Below the pieces are notes generated by a model that saw only the letters and a list, made by a program, of their open reading frames with translations, had not been told where the DNA came from and searched no databases. A stretch of DNA of 64,000 nucleotides, from positions 10,800-74,799 of the forward strand of contig CAVPSB010000035.1 of the NCBI GenBank assembly GCA_963708025.1, in the 5' to 3' direction. A program made the translations under genes and the position numbers. This DNA is from an uncultured Candidatus Rokubacteria bacterium. GTDB taxonomy: Bacteria; Methylomirabilota; Methylomirabilia; Rokubacteriales; DASRDR01. Shown in pieces: positions 10,269 through 19,326 of this stretch. Within the stretch, counting starts at the first letter, position 1; each line of letters begins with the position of its first letter.

Positions 10269-11278
10269 TGGCGCCCGCCACCCTGGCGGTCGAGCGCACC
10301 ACCCGGGCCAGCCGCGCCGGCGCGGTCGGCGCCGCTGTCCTGCTCGCCGGGCTGATCGCCCTGCCGTTGACGCGCGACGCTGGACTCATGCGTATGGTCG
10401 TCGAGCTCATCGCGTTCCTGGTGCTGGCGCAGATGTGGAATCTGCTTGCCGGCTATGCGGGCCTCGTCTCGATCGGGCAGCAGGCGTACGTCGGCCTCGG
10501 CGGCTACGCGCTCATCGTGCTGGCCGACGATCTCGGGGTGAATCCGTTCCTCGCGGTGCCTCTCGCCGGCGTGGCGGCGGCCGGATTCGCCCTCCCCACC
10601 GCCGCGCTCGTGTTCCGCTTCCGCGGCGGCTACTTCGCGGTCGGCACTTGGGCGGTCGCCGAGGTCTATCGGCTGCTCATCGCCAACACGACGGCGCTCG
10701 GGCGGGGCACCGGGCGCACGTTGAAGGCGGTGTTCCCGCTCGTCCGGGAGACGCGCGAGCTGGTGACGTATGGCCTCGCCGTGGCGGTTGGCGTCGGCGC
10801 GATGGTCGCCGTGTACTTCTACGTGCGCTCGCGCCTGGGTGTCGGTCTGATGGCCGTTCGTGACAGCGAGCCGGCGTCGGAGAGCCTCGGCGTCAACGTG
10901 TTTCGCACCAGGCTCACGGTCTATCTGATCGCGGCCTTCGGAACGGGAGTGACGGGCGCGCTCATCTACCTGAACCTGCTCCGTATCTCGCCCGACGCGG
11001 CGTTTTCGATCAACTGGACCGCCTACACGATCTTCATCGTCGTGATCGGCGGTCTCGGCACGCTGGAGGGACCGATCGTGGGCGCGGTCGTCTTCTTCCT
11101 GCTCCGCGAGCTGCTGGCCGACTACGGCGCCTGGTACATGATCCTGCTCGGCTCGCTCGCCGTGCTGACGATGATGTGCTATCCGCAGGGCCTGTGGGGT
11201 CTGGTCGCCGAGCGGTGGGATCTGCATCTCTTCCCGGTGCAGCGACGCGTCAGGATGGGCGCAGCCGCGAGGCGATGA
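10268..11278 (+). CDS. livM: branched-chain amino acid ABC permease, LivM-like
   Basis: ATG at 10268 overlaps the livH stop (ATGA). Contains LAQMWNLLAGYAGLVSIGQQAYVGLGGY, taken from the long ORF 9023..11278. Confidence 0.85.
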   Translation: MAPATLAVERTTRASRAGAVGAAVLLAGLIALPLTRDAGLMRMVVELIAFLVLAQMWNLLAGYAGLVSIGQQAYVGLGGYALIVLADDLGVNPFLAVPLAGVAAAGFALPTAALVFRFRGGYFAVGTWAVAEVYRLLIANTTALGRGTGRTLKAVFPLVRETRELVTYGLAVAVGVGAMVAVYFYVRSRLGVGLMAVRDSEPASESLGVNVFRTRLTVYLIAAFGTGVTGALIYLNLLRISPDAAFSINWTAYTIFIVVIGGLGTLEGPIVGAVVFFLLRELLADYGAWYMILLGSLAVLTMMCYPQGLWGLVAERWDLHLFPVQRRVRMGAAARR

Positions 11279-11346
11279 CGAGCGCCGCGACGGAGGTGAG
11301 CTCCGTCGGATACACTTGGGTCCCCATCCCCCCGCCGCGCCCGCCC

Positions 11347-11409
11347 CTGGCGCCGCGCACGATCCACGACGCCATCCTGACCGCCACCTGCGCCGCCCGG
11401 CGCATCTGA
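11347..11409 (+). repeat. stub C: third copy of the last 63 nt (including stop) of the flavin reductase gene
   Basis: 61/63 identical to 3235..3297. Reads LAPRTIHDAILTATCAARRI-stop, with no homologous coding sequence upstream. Confidence 0.85.
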
Positions 11410-11468
11410 CGAGGCCGGGGCGCCCTGTTGTCTTGCACAAGTGCCATCGTCGTATTACACTGGTCGGC

Positions 11469-11720
11469 GTGAAGACCCTCACCGTGCGATTGCCCGAGGC
11501 CCTGGTCGCGGAGATCGAAGCCGAGTCTCGCGAACGTCGGCGCTCGAAGTCCGACGTTGTTCGGGAACGCTTGAGCCGCGTCGCCGGGCCGCGCGCGAGG
11601 CCCGCGTCCCCGGCCATTGCCGATCTCGTGGGCTCGGTCGGTGGGTTGCCGGCCGATCTGAGTGGGCAGAAGAAGGCCTACTTGAAGACCACGGGTTATG
11701 GCCGGAAGCGCGCTCGTTGA
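11469..11720 (+). CDS. vapB: ribbon-helix-helix (CopG/VapB-type) antitoxin
   Basis: GTG at 11469. Reads VKTLTVRLPEALVAEIEAESRERRRSKSDVVRERL. It overlaps the PIN gene by 23 nt. Confidence 0.8.
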   Translation: MKTLTVRLPEALVAEIEAESRERRRSKSDVVRERLSRVAGPRARPASPAIADLVGSVGGLPADLSGQKKAYLKTTGYGRKRAR

Positions 11721-12108
11721 CGCCGGTTTTCTGATCGCCCTTCTGAGCCGCCGGGACCGCCATCACGCATGGGCGGCGGCCCAATCCCCGGGTCTTGCCC
11801 CGCCTTGGAAAACCTGCGAAGCGGCCCTCTCGGAGGCCTTCCATCTTCTCGGGGCTCGGGGCCGACCTAGCCTCGCCACGCTTCTTCGCCGCAGCGCTGT
11901 GGTCTCCGCCTTCGACCTCACGGACGAACTGGACCGAGTCTTGAATCTCATGCAGAAGTACGCCGACGTCCCGATGAGTCTTGCGGATGCCTGCCTCGTG
12001 AGGATGAGCGAAACCCTGGCCGATCCTGTCATCCTGACCACCGATGCTGATTTCCGCATCTATCGCCGCCACGGTCGTCACGTTGTTCCCTGCGTGACCC
12101 CGTACTGA
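11698..12108 (+). CDS. vapC: PIN-domain ribonuclease toxin VapC
   Basis: 136 aa. Contains ALVDAGFLIALL...CEAALSEAFHLL...MSLADACLV...ILTTDADFRIY, the acidic PIN signature. Confidence 0.85.
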   Translation: MAGSALVDAGFLIALLSRRDRHHAWAAAQSPGLAPPWKTCEAALSEAFHLLGARGRPSLATLLRRSAVVSAFDLTDELDRVLNLMQKYADVPMSLADACLVRMSETLADPVILTTDADFRIYRRHGRHVVPCVTPY

Positions 12109-12168
12109 CGGAATTCGAACCCGCGTGTGGGTCTGCCACGCTGCGACGTCGGGAGCCGGACGACCCGG

Positions 12169-12353
12169 CCTACTCCGGTGGCGGAATGAGATTCAGCAGG
12201 GGGCTCGTCCCGGGTGGCCATCTCCGCCCGCGCCACGTTGACGAGGACGGCGGTCGGCTTCATGGCCCGAAGCTCGCGGTCCCGACGAGGCCGCGGGTCC
12301 GGGGCGTGAGCGGCAGCGCGAGCGCCGGGTAGTCGGCGCGCCTCAGCACGCTG
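12169..12353 (-). pseudogene. internally deleted remnant of the 3' third of the 2-hydroxyacid dehydrogenase gene
   Basis: Aligns to 13212..13262 and 13482..13616 of the intact gene, with about 219 nt missing between. ORF 12078..12434 contains LRAMKPTAVLVNVARAEM, versus LRAMKPTALLVNVARAEI in the intact gene. Confidence 0.8.
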
Positions 12354-12554
12354 TAGCGCACGGCTGAGGTCAACCCCCAACAAATCTCTCGCGTCGTCGT
12401 CGCGCGAGCTGATGAACGCGGCGGGGAGCGTCAACGGTCGGAGGTAGCTCCGGGTGGGCAGTTGGACGGGCCGCGCTCGAGGTCACGGGCCGGTGAAACG
12501 CCCTGCCACTCTACGCTATCATCGGGTGGCCGCCAGGCCGAGGGGGATGCCGCC

Positions 12555-13049
12555 ATGACGATGTACTGGAAGGAGATCACGGTCAACTGGGGTGAGTCCG
12601 ACCCGTTCGGGCTCGTCTACTACCCCCGGATCGTCGCCTGGTTCAACGACACCGAGCACGAGCTGTTCCGGACCATCGGCTACCCGATCGAACAGATGAT
12701 CAAGAACGATCGCACGACCTTCGTGATGGGCGAGATCCACTTCCGCTTCATCGGCCCCGCCGCCTACGGCGACCGGATCATCACGACCATCACGCTGGCC
12801 GAGATCGGCGAGCACACGCTGCACTGGAACTGCAAGGCCAAGAACGCGCTCACCGGCGCGGAGGTCAGCGAGGGCCGGGCCACCCGTGTGTACGCGCGCA
12901 TCAACGAGGACGGCACGCTGAAGGCACACCCCATCCCGGAAGAGATGCGGAGCGCGCTCCGCGAGCTGGGCGATCTCAAGCATCTCCGGCCGAACAGCGG
13001 GCCGTCCAAGCTGCCGGCCGCGAGCCACCTGCGGCAGCAGCCGCCCTAG
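12555..13049 (+). CDS. 4HBT/YbgC-like acyl-CoA thioesterase
   Basis: ATG at 12555 follows AGGGGGA. Reads MTMYWKEITVNWGESDPFGLVYYPRIVAWFNDTEHELFR, a hot-dog fold signature. Confidence 0.8.
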   Translation: MTMYWKEITVNWGESDPFGLVYYPRIVAWFNDTEHELFRTIGYPIEQMIKNDRTTFVMGEIHFRFIGPAAYGDRIITTITLAEIGEHTLHWNCKAKNALTGAEVSEGRATRVYARINEDGTLKAHPIPEEMRSALRELGDLKHLRPNSGPSKLPAASHLRQQPP

Positions 13050-13052
13050 ATG

Positions 13053-13205
13053 CTTCGGGGGGGTGTCGGAACACCCCCCCGATGCCCCCCCGCCGTTGCG
13101 CCGGCGAAGCCGGCGCTCGGAGCGCTGTTCGATGCACGCCTCGCGGATCGACTTTCGCGAGGCTACGCCGACACGCCCTAGGCCATTTCGGGAGGCTCGG
13201 AAAGC
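13053..13205 (-). repeat. REP-A element (inverted orientation) with G7-hairpin core
   Basis: cttcgggggggtgtcggaacacccccccgatgcccccccg... aligns to the reverse complement of 18091..18210. Confidence 0.7.
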
Positions 13206-13213
13206 CCTTGGTC

Positions 13214-14195
13214 CTACTCCGGTGACGAGATCTGATTCAGGGGGGGCTCGCCCCGCGCGGCCCGGTGGATGTTCTCCGCGATGAGGGTCGCGCGCGCCTC
13301 CACCATGCCTTCGGTCCAGCCGGACACGTGCGGCGTCATGAGGACGTTCGGCAGCTCGTGGAACGGCCGTTGCGCGGGCAGCGTCGGGTGGGGATCGGAC
13401 GGGTACCGGTACCAGACGTCGAGGGCGGCGCCCGCGATCCGCCGCTCGGCCAGCGCCTCGTAGAGCGCGTCCTCGTCGACGATCTCCGCCCGCGCCACGT
13501 TGACGAGGAGGGCGGTCGGCTTCATGGCCCGAAGCTCCGGGTCCCCGAGGAGGCCGCGGGTCTCGGGGGTGAGCGGCAGGGTGATCGCCAGGTAGTCGGC
13601 GCGCGTCAGCACGCTGCTCGAGGGCGTCGGGCCCCCGGAGGACGACGAGGCCCTGGCGGTCGGGCTGCGTGGCGTCGCGGCGGATCGCCAGGACCGTCAT
13701 GTCGAACGCCCGGGCGCGCCGGGCCAGGGCCTGGCCGATCCGGCCGTAGCCGAGGATGCCGAGCGTCTTGCCGGCCAGCTCCGGCCAGGGCGCCGGGGGC
13801 GGCGCCGACACCGCCCACTGGCTCTCCCAGTCTCCGCGCCGGAGGCGGGCGTCGAGGCGGCAAAAGCCGCGGCTCAGTGCCAGCATGGCCCCGATCACGT
13901 ACTCCGCGATGCCGCGCTCGTGGCCATAGGCATTCGCCAGCCACGTGCCGGGCGAAAGCGCGGCTCGGTCGATCCGGTCGAGGCTGGCGCCGGGCACCTG
14001 GACGAGCCTGAGGCGTTGGGCCGACGCCCCCATCTCGCGGGTGAACGCCATGCTGACGAGGACGTCCACATCGGGAAGCGGGGAGCCGATCCCGGCCTCC
14101 TCGTCCACGACGACGTCGCACGGGATCGCCAGGTGGGACCGGATTGGCTCCGCGAGGCGGGCCGCGAAGACACCGGCGAAGGCGACGCGAAGCAT
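13214..14195 (-). CDS. D-isomer-specific 2-hydroxyacid dehydrogenase (glyoxylate/hydroxypyruvate reductase-like), one frameshift near 13615
   Basis: The N-terminus MLRVAFAGVF...GKTLGILGYGRIGQALARRARAFDMTVLAIRR lies in ORF 12519..14270. The C-terminus LTRADYLAITLPLTPETRGLL...LMTPHVSGWT lies in ORF 13214..13612. Confidence 0.85.
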
Positions 14196-14281
14196 GCTTG
14201 GCCATCTTGTTCGGCAACGACCAGGGATGCAATTACCTGGCAGGTAATGTCCGCCAAAGGCTGCCGGCATATACTGGCGGG

Positions 14282-15127
14282 GTGAAGACGCGGCGGGGCG
14301 CGACGAGACAGCTCGACGAGGCGACGGCGAGTCGCGTGGGCCGGCTGCTCAAGCAGTGGCGCGAGCGGCGCCGGATGAGCCAGCTCGGGCTGGCCGCGGA
14401 GGCCGAGATCTCGACGCGCCATCTGAGCTTCCTCGAGACGGGTCGCGCCCAGCCGAGCCGCGAGATGCTCCAGCTCCTCTCCAGGGCGCTGGAGGTGCCG
14501 CTGCGCGCCCGCAACGAGCTGCTGACCGCCGCGGGGTATGCACCGATCTACCGAGAGACGGGGCTGGATGCGCCGGAGATGGCGCAGGTGCGCCGCGCGA
14601 TCGACTTCATGCTGCGCCAGCAGGAGCCCTATCCCGCGGTCGTCCTCGACCGGCACTGGAACATCGTCCGGGCCAACGAGGCGATCGGCCGGGTCATGGG
14701 CCTGTTCCTGAGCGCGGACGAGGCGGCGGCGGCCGGGGCGCCGAACGTCATGCGGCTCACTTACCACCCGCGGGGCCTGCGCTCCTGGATCGCCAACTGG
14801 GAGCAGACCGCCTCGGCCTACGTCCAGTGGCTGCACCGCGACCTGCTGCGCACCGGCGACGCGAGGACGGGCGCCCTGCTCGACGAGCTGCTGTCCTACC
14901 CCGGCATCCCGCGCACGTGGCTCTCGCTCGACCTCGATGCCTCGACCGCGCCGTTCCTGGCGATGGAGTTCCGCAAGGACGACGTGCGCCTGAACTTCTT
15001 CACGACCATCGCCAGCCTGGGCACGCCCTACGACATCACGCTCCACGAGCTCAGGATCGAGTGTTTCTTTCCCGCCGACGAGGCGACCGAGGGGGCGCTT
15101 CGCCGCCTCGCCGCCGCGGCACCCTAG
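14282..15127 (+). CDS. XRE-family HTH regulator with MmyB-like C-terminal domain
   Basis: Contains LKQWRERRRMSQLGLAAEAEISTRHLSFLETGRAQPSREML, then YPAVVLDRHWNIVRAN. It is divergent from the dehydrogenase. Confidence 0.85.
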   Translation: MKTRRGATRQLDEATASRVGRLLKQWRERRRMSQLGLAAEAEISTRHLSFLETGRAQPSREMLQLLSRALEVPLRARNELLTAAGYAPIYRETGLDAPEMAQVRRAIDFMLRQQEPYPAVVLDRHWNIVRANEAIGRVMGLFLSADEAAAAGAPNVMRLTYHPRGLRSWIANWEQTASAYVQWLHRDLLRTGDARTGALLDELLSYPGIPRTWLSLDLDASTAPFLAMEFRKDDVRLNFFTTIASLGTPYDITLHELRIECFFPADEATEGALRRLAAAAP

Positions 15128-15381
15128 TGACCACCCTGTCGTCCATGGCGGGTCCATGACCGCCGGCCGCGCATCAGTCCTCCCGCACGTGCCCATCCGC
15201 CAGTCGCCCGTGTGAAAGCGTCGAACCCCGACTGCTCGACTGCCCAGGCGTGACACTCGAACCGATCACGAGATTGCTGGTCGGGACTCTGCCCCTTGGC
15301 CGGGTAGACGTACGGCTGGGCGCTCGCGCTCGCGAGCCAGGCAGTCCCCAGGATCGCCGACAGTGCGACGATCCGCCGCAC
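15124..15381 (-). CDS. small secreted protein, hypothetical
   Basis: Signal peptide MRRIVALSAILGTAWLASASA, then QPYVYPAKGQSPDQQSRDRFECHAWAVEQSGFD. The tail looks degenerate. Confidence 0.5.
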   Translation of the reverse strand: MRRIVALSAILGTAWLASASAQPYVYPAKGQSPDQQSRDRFECHAWAVEQSGFDAFTRATGGWARAGGLMRGRRSWTRHGRQGGH

Positions 15382-15417
15382 CGCTCCGCGGTGTCTCGTC
15401 CGGCTCCGCCTCGCGAC

Positions 15418-15912
15418 TCAGGCCTTGACGCCGACCGCTGCGGCCAGATCCTTCAGTGCCGCGGTTTCCTGTTCGCTCACCTGCGTGCCGCCGAAGCCGA
15501 GGAAGCCGCCCTCCTTCGCTGCCTCGGCCACACGCTGACCGATCGCCACCAGCCAGCGCCTGAATCCCTCGCTTTCCTCTGGGCTGGTCTTCCGCCCGAC
15601 CGTCTCGGTGACGCTGCGGATGCCCGCGAGCGCCTCGCTCCTGAGGGCGTCGGGCGTTTTCCCCGACAGCTCGGACGCGCTCGCCTGCCCGCGTCCTTCG
15701 GGAGCGCCCAGGTCGGCGACCACAGCCTTGACCAGCGCGTTCGCCGGCCCCTGGCTCTTCGCCTCGGCCAGGACCTTGCCGACCGCGAACATCTCCTTCA
15801 GGACGCCGAGCGGGCCGCTGGGGCTCGCGGCCACGACGACCAGACCGGCCATGAAGGGTGCCCGCAGGATCTTCTGCCACTCGTCCGGGGTGAAGTCAGC
15901 TTTCGTCGCCAC
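15418..15912 (-). CDS. hypothetical protein
   Basis: 164 aa clean ORF ([36 protein letters not shown]...) with coding-like composition. Confidence 0.6.
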   Translation of the reverse strand: MATKADFTPDEWQKILRAPFMAGLVVVAASPSGPLGVLKEMFAVGKVLAEAKSQGPANALVKAVVADLGAPEGRGQASASELSGKTPDALRSEALAGIRSVTETVGRKTSPEESEGFRRWLVAIGQRVAEAAKEGGFLGFGGTQVSEQETAALKDLAAAVGVKA

Positions 15913-15946
15913 CGTGCACCTCCGTTGGGGAAATGGTCACACACGC

Positions 15947-16726
15947 TCAGTGCTCTCGCAGCTCGATTCGCCGCAGGAACGCCCGGAGCCGGTCGTTGGT
16001 GGGCGCGGCCAGGACCTCGCGCGGCGTGCCTTCGACCTGGATGCGGCCGCCGTCCATGAAGACGATCCGGGAGCCGACGTCGCGGGCGAAGACCATCTCG
16101 TGGGTGACCACGACCATCGTCATCCCGTCGCGGGCCAGCTCCTGGACCACGGTCAGCACCTCGCCCACCAGCTCGGGGTCGAGGGCGGAGGTGATCTCGT
16201 CGAGTAGCAGCACCTTCGGGTCCATCGCGACGGCGCGCGCGATGGCGACCCGCTGCTGCTGGCCGCCGGAGAGCTGGGCCGGGAGGCTGTCGAGCTTGTC
16301 GCCGAGGCCGACCCGGCCGAGCCACTGGGTGGCGACCCGGGCCGCCTCGGCCCGCGACAGGCCGCGGACCTTGCGGAGTCCCAGCACGACGTTCCCCAGG
16401 GCGGTCAGGTGCGGGAACAGGTTGAAGAGCTGGAAGACCATGCCGATGTCGGCGCGGATCCGGGCCAGCTCCCGCTCGCTCCGTCGCCGCCGCCGTCCGC
16501 CGGCGCCGTCGTGGAAGCCGACCTCCACGCCATCGACGCGGACCGAGCCCTCGTCGTAGGGCTCGAGCAGGTTGATGCACCGCAGGAGGGTGGTCTTGCC
16601 GCTGCCCGACGGGCCGATCACCACCACCACCTTCCCCTTCGGCACGTCGAGGTCGATGCCGTCGAGGACGCGATTCGCGCCGAACGTCTTCCGGAGCCCC
16701 CGGATCTCGACGACCGGCACGGCCAT
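15947..16726 (-). CDS. polar amino acid ABC transporter ATP-binding protein
   Basis: [48 protein letters not shown]. Confidence 0.95.
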   Translation of the reverse strand: MAVPVVEIRGLRKTFGANRVLDGIDLDVPKGKVVVVIGPSGSGKTTLLRCINLLEPYDEGSVRVDGVEVGFHDGAGGRRRRRSERELARIRADIGMVFQLFNLFPHLTALGNVVLGLRKVRGLSRAEAARVATQWLGRVGLGDKLDSLPAQLSGGQQQRVAIARAVAMDPKVLLLDEITSALDPELVGEVLTVVQELARDGMTMVVVTHEMVFARDVGSRIVFMDGGRIQVEGTPREVLAAPTNDRLRAFLRRIELREH

Positions 16727-16753
16727 CAGAGGGCGCCTCCGGTCGTCCCGCGC

Positions 16754-17401
16754 CTATTCCCGGACATAGACGAAGCGCGCTTCGAGCCGCCGGCTGGTCA
16801 GCGAGAGGCTGTAGTTGATGACGAAGTACATGAGGGCCCCCAGGACGTAGAGCGGCATCGGCTCGTAGGTCCGGCCGATCACCTGCTGGATCGCCAGCAT
16901 CAGGTCGACGATCCCGACCAGGGACACGAGCGCGCTGCCCTTCACCGTGTCCACGACCGCGTTGATCCACGGCGGGAGGAACCGCCGCGCGGCTTGCGGG
17001 GCGATCACCCAGAGAAGGCGCTGGCCGAGGGTCAGCCCGATGGCCTTGCCGGCGTCGGTCTGACCTCGCGGGATGGACTGCACGGCACCCCGCACCAGCT
17101 CGATGACGTGGGCCGTCTTGAAGGCCGAGAGCGCGAGGATGGCGGCCGCGAAGCTGGTCAGGTTGATCTTGAATGCCGGCAGCCCGTAGTAGACGAAGAA
17201 GATGAGGACCAGTAGCGGGATGCCGCGGAAGAAGTCGCTGTAGAGTCGGATGGGCCAGTACAGCCAGCGCGGTCCGAATGCGAGAGCGACGCCGAGGACG
17301 ATCCCGGCCGCCAGCGAGCAGATCACCACCAGCGCCGAGACGTGCAGCGTCACCAGGAGCCCGTCCCAGAGGAAGGGCAGGCTTCTGAGGGCGAGGCTCA
17401 T
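16754..17401 (-). CDS. polar amino acid ABC transporter permease
   Basis: ATG at 17401 overlaps the upstream stop (ATGA). Contains the EAA-loop-like [20 protein letters not shown]. Confidence 0.9.
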   Translation of the reverse strand: MSLALRSLPFLWDGLLVTLHVSALVVICSLAAGIVLGVALAFGPRWLYWPIRLYSDFFRGIPLLVLIFFVYYGLPAFKINLTSFAAAILALSAFKTAHVIELVRGAVQSIPRGQTDAGKAIGLTLGQRLLWVIAPQAARRFLPPWINAVVDTVKGSALVSLVGIVDLMLAIQQVIGRTYEPMPLYVLGALMYFVINYSLSLTSRRLEARFVYVRE

Positions 17402-18063
17402 CAGCCGATCGCGAAGCGCCGCTCGAGCCGGCGAAGCCCGAACAGCAGCAGGTAGCCCGTCACCAGGTACATCGGGGTGACCACCGCCCACACCTCGATG
17501 ACCCGGAACGAGTTGGTCTTGATCCACTGGGCGCCGTAGGTCAATTCGGGGACGGCGATGACGGACGCCAGCGCGGTGTCCTTGAAGAGCGAGATGTACG
17601 CGTTCGACAGCGATGGCAGCACTACCCGGAACATCGTGGGCAGCCGGACGTGGACGAGGCGCTGCCAGGGGGTCAGGCCGATCGCCTTCCCGGCGTCGAG
17701 GAGTCCACCCGGCACCGCGTCGAGGCCGGCCCGGAAGACTTCCACCAGGTAGGCGCCGGCGTAGGCCGAGAGCGTGATGACGAAGCTCGTCGTGGCGTCG
17801 TAGGCGAAGCCGCCCACGCTCGGGATGCCGTAGAAGACGAGGTAGACGAGCAGGAGCAGGGGAACGTTACGGATGAACTCCACGTAGGCCGCCACCGCGC
17901 CGCGGACGATCCGGCCGCCGCCGGTGTAGGCGAGGGCCAGGCCCAGTCCGATGACCATGCCGATCAGGATCGAGGCCAGGGCGAGCTGGAGGGAGAGCGC
18001 GAGCCCGTCGGTCAGCTTGTCGAGGTGCCGCCAGACGTAGGTGAAGTTGAAATGATACGTCAT
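17401..18063 (-). CDS. polar amino acid ABC transporter permease
   Basis: 220 aa. Contains [26 protein letters not shown]. Confidence 0.9.
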   Translation of the reverse strand: MTYHFNFTYVWRHLDKLTDGLALSLQLALASILIGMVIGLGLALAYTGGGRIVRGAVAAYVEFIRNVPLLLLVYLVFYGIPSVGGFAYDATTSFVITLSAYAGAYLVEVFRAGLDAVPGGLLDAGKAIGLTPWQRLVHVRLPTMFRVVLPSLSNAYISLFKDTALASVIAVPELTYGAQWIKTNSFRVIEVWAVVTPMYLVTGYLLLFGLRRLERRFAIG

Positions 18064-18090
18064 AGCTCGCGACCCCTGATCCGCCGCCCG

Positions 18091-18210
18091 TCGGCTTCTC
18101 GCAACGCTCCAACTCCGGCCTCACGGCCTAGGCGTTCCACTCCGAGCCGCGGCTTCGCCGCGGCCTCCGGGGGGGGCATCGGGGGGGGTCTTCCCAGACC
18201 CCCCGAAGAA
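18091..18210 (+). repeat. REP-A element (about 120 nt) between the permease and binding-protein genes
   Basis: tcggcttctcgcaa...ccgagccgcggcttcgccgcggcctccggggggggcatcggggggggtcttcccagaccccccgaag. It aligns along its length with 47015..47133. Confidence 0.8.
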
Positions 18211-19089
18211 CTAGATCGGGGGGAAGCCGGGCTTTCGGTCGGGCGGCTTCACGCCGAAGAACTCGTCGAGGGCGGCGTCGTATATGTCGTTCTGGTGTCC
18301 GAACATGGCCACGGTGAACGTCGTGTTGACCCACTGCTGCCAGTCGGGGTCGCCCTGCCGCATGGCGGCACCGTAGAGCATCGAGTTGTAGCTGTGCCCG
18401 GCGTCGACGTACCTGGTCGCGTCCCGCTTGACCAGCCAGCGGACGGTGGACAGATCCACCACCCCCACGTCGGCTCGCCCGGAATCGAGCGCCTGGATGA
18501 CGTTGGCCTGGGTGTCGAGCTGCATCACCTGGGCCTGGGGCAGCGCCTTGTGCACCAGCTTGTCGGCGTCAACGTTCTGGAGCACGGAGGCCCGGACGCT
18601 CTTGCCGGCGGCCGTGAGCGCCTTGAAGGTCTTGTGCTTGCCCTTGGGCGAGGTGAGGAGGGCGGCGCCCTCGACGTAGTAGGGCCGGGAGAACGCCACC
18701 AGCTGGGCCCGGGCTGGCGAGATGGTCATGAACTGGATCACGATGTCCACCTTGCCGGTGGTGATGTTGGGAATGCGCGCGGCCGGGTCCTGCTTGACGA
18801 ACTCGACCTTCCCGGCGTCGTCGAAGAGGCCCTTGGCCAGGATCCGGGCCATGGTGATGTCCATGCCGGTGAGCTGCCCCTTGTCGTCCTCGAAATGCCA
18901 GGGGGCGTTCGTGCTCCCGGTTCCGACCATCAGCTTGCCCCGATCGAGCACGGTCCGGAGCAGGCTGTCGGTGCGCGCCTGCGCGTAGGCCCGCCGCGGT
19001 GAGAAGGCGGCGCCGGCCGACGCGACGCCGGCCGCGAGCCCCAGCCCGCCCAGCTTGAGGAGATCACGACGCTCTGTGGATCGATCCAT
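18211..19089 (-). CDS. polar amino acid ABC transporter substrate-binding protein (family 3) with Tat signal
   Basis: ATG at 19089 follows GGAGGGAGG. Reads MDRSTERRDLLKLGGLGLAAGVASAGA...LMVGTGSTNAPWHFEDDKGQLTGMDI. Confidence 0.9.
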   Translation of the reverse strand: MDRSTERRDLLKLGGLGLAAGVASAGAAFSPRRAYAQARTDSLLRTVLDRGKLMVGTGSTNAPWHFEDDKGQLTGMDITMARILAKGLFDDAGKVEFVKQDPAARIPNITTGKVDIVIQFMTISPARAQLVAFSRPYYVEGAALLTSPKGKHKTFKALTAAGKSVRASVLQNVDADKLVHKALPQAQVMQLDTQANVIQALDSGRADVGVVDLSTVRWLVKRDATRYVDAGHSYNSMLYGAAMRQGDPDWQQWVNTTFTVAMFGHQNDIYDAALDEFFGVKPPDRKPGFPPI

Positions 19090-19326
19090 CTGAACCTCCC
19101 TCCGTCGGAGCACTGGCCAGCGCCGGATGCCACCGATCGACGCCGGGCGGCGCTCGTCGCGGTCAGCCCACGAGCTCACGGTCGCCCCTCCCGGGGCAAC
19201 TCGCCCGCCAGGATAGGCCATCTCGAACGGGGTTACCAGGGGCCGTATCAAGCCATCCGGGGCCAGCGCGCGATCGTGGATTTTCGGATATCATCCCCAC
19301 CAGACTCCGCTTGCCGGGAGGTCGCC

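Noticed and set aside
11176-11409. ORF 11176..11409 (77 aa) and ORF 3103..3297 (64 aa) as independent small genes.
   Set aside because: Their only meaningful residues are the duplicated reductase C-terminus. The upstream parts overlap the livM end or have no coding signal. They are treated as gene-end stubs.
8673-11617. Very long ORFs antisense or out of frame to the liv genes (8673..10199, 9023..11278 upstream part, 9962..11617). Similar giants occur elsewhere (21664..23223, 21753..23654, 27856..30102, 36921..39950, 41254..43983, 54250..57153, 54698..56683).
   Set aside because: Their translations are low-complexity R/P/G/A strings typical of shadow frames in very G+C-rich DNA. Each overlaps a gene with clear family motifs on another frame or strand. 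Only the segments that form part of frameshifted real genes were used.
12101-12180. A complete tRNA gene on the minus strand next to vapC.
   Set aside because: Only a T-arm-like segment is present. I could not build a 7-bp acceptor stem, a D arm or an anticodon arm from the surrounding sequence. It is reported only as a possible 3' fragment scar.
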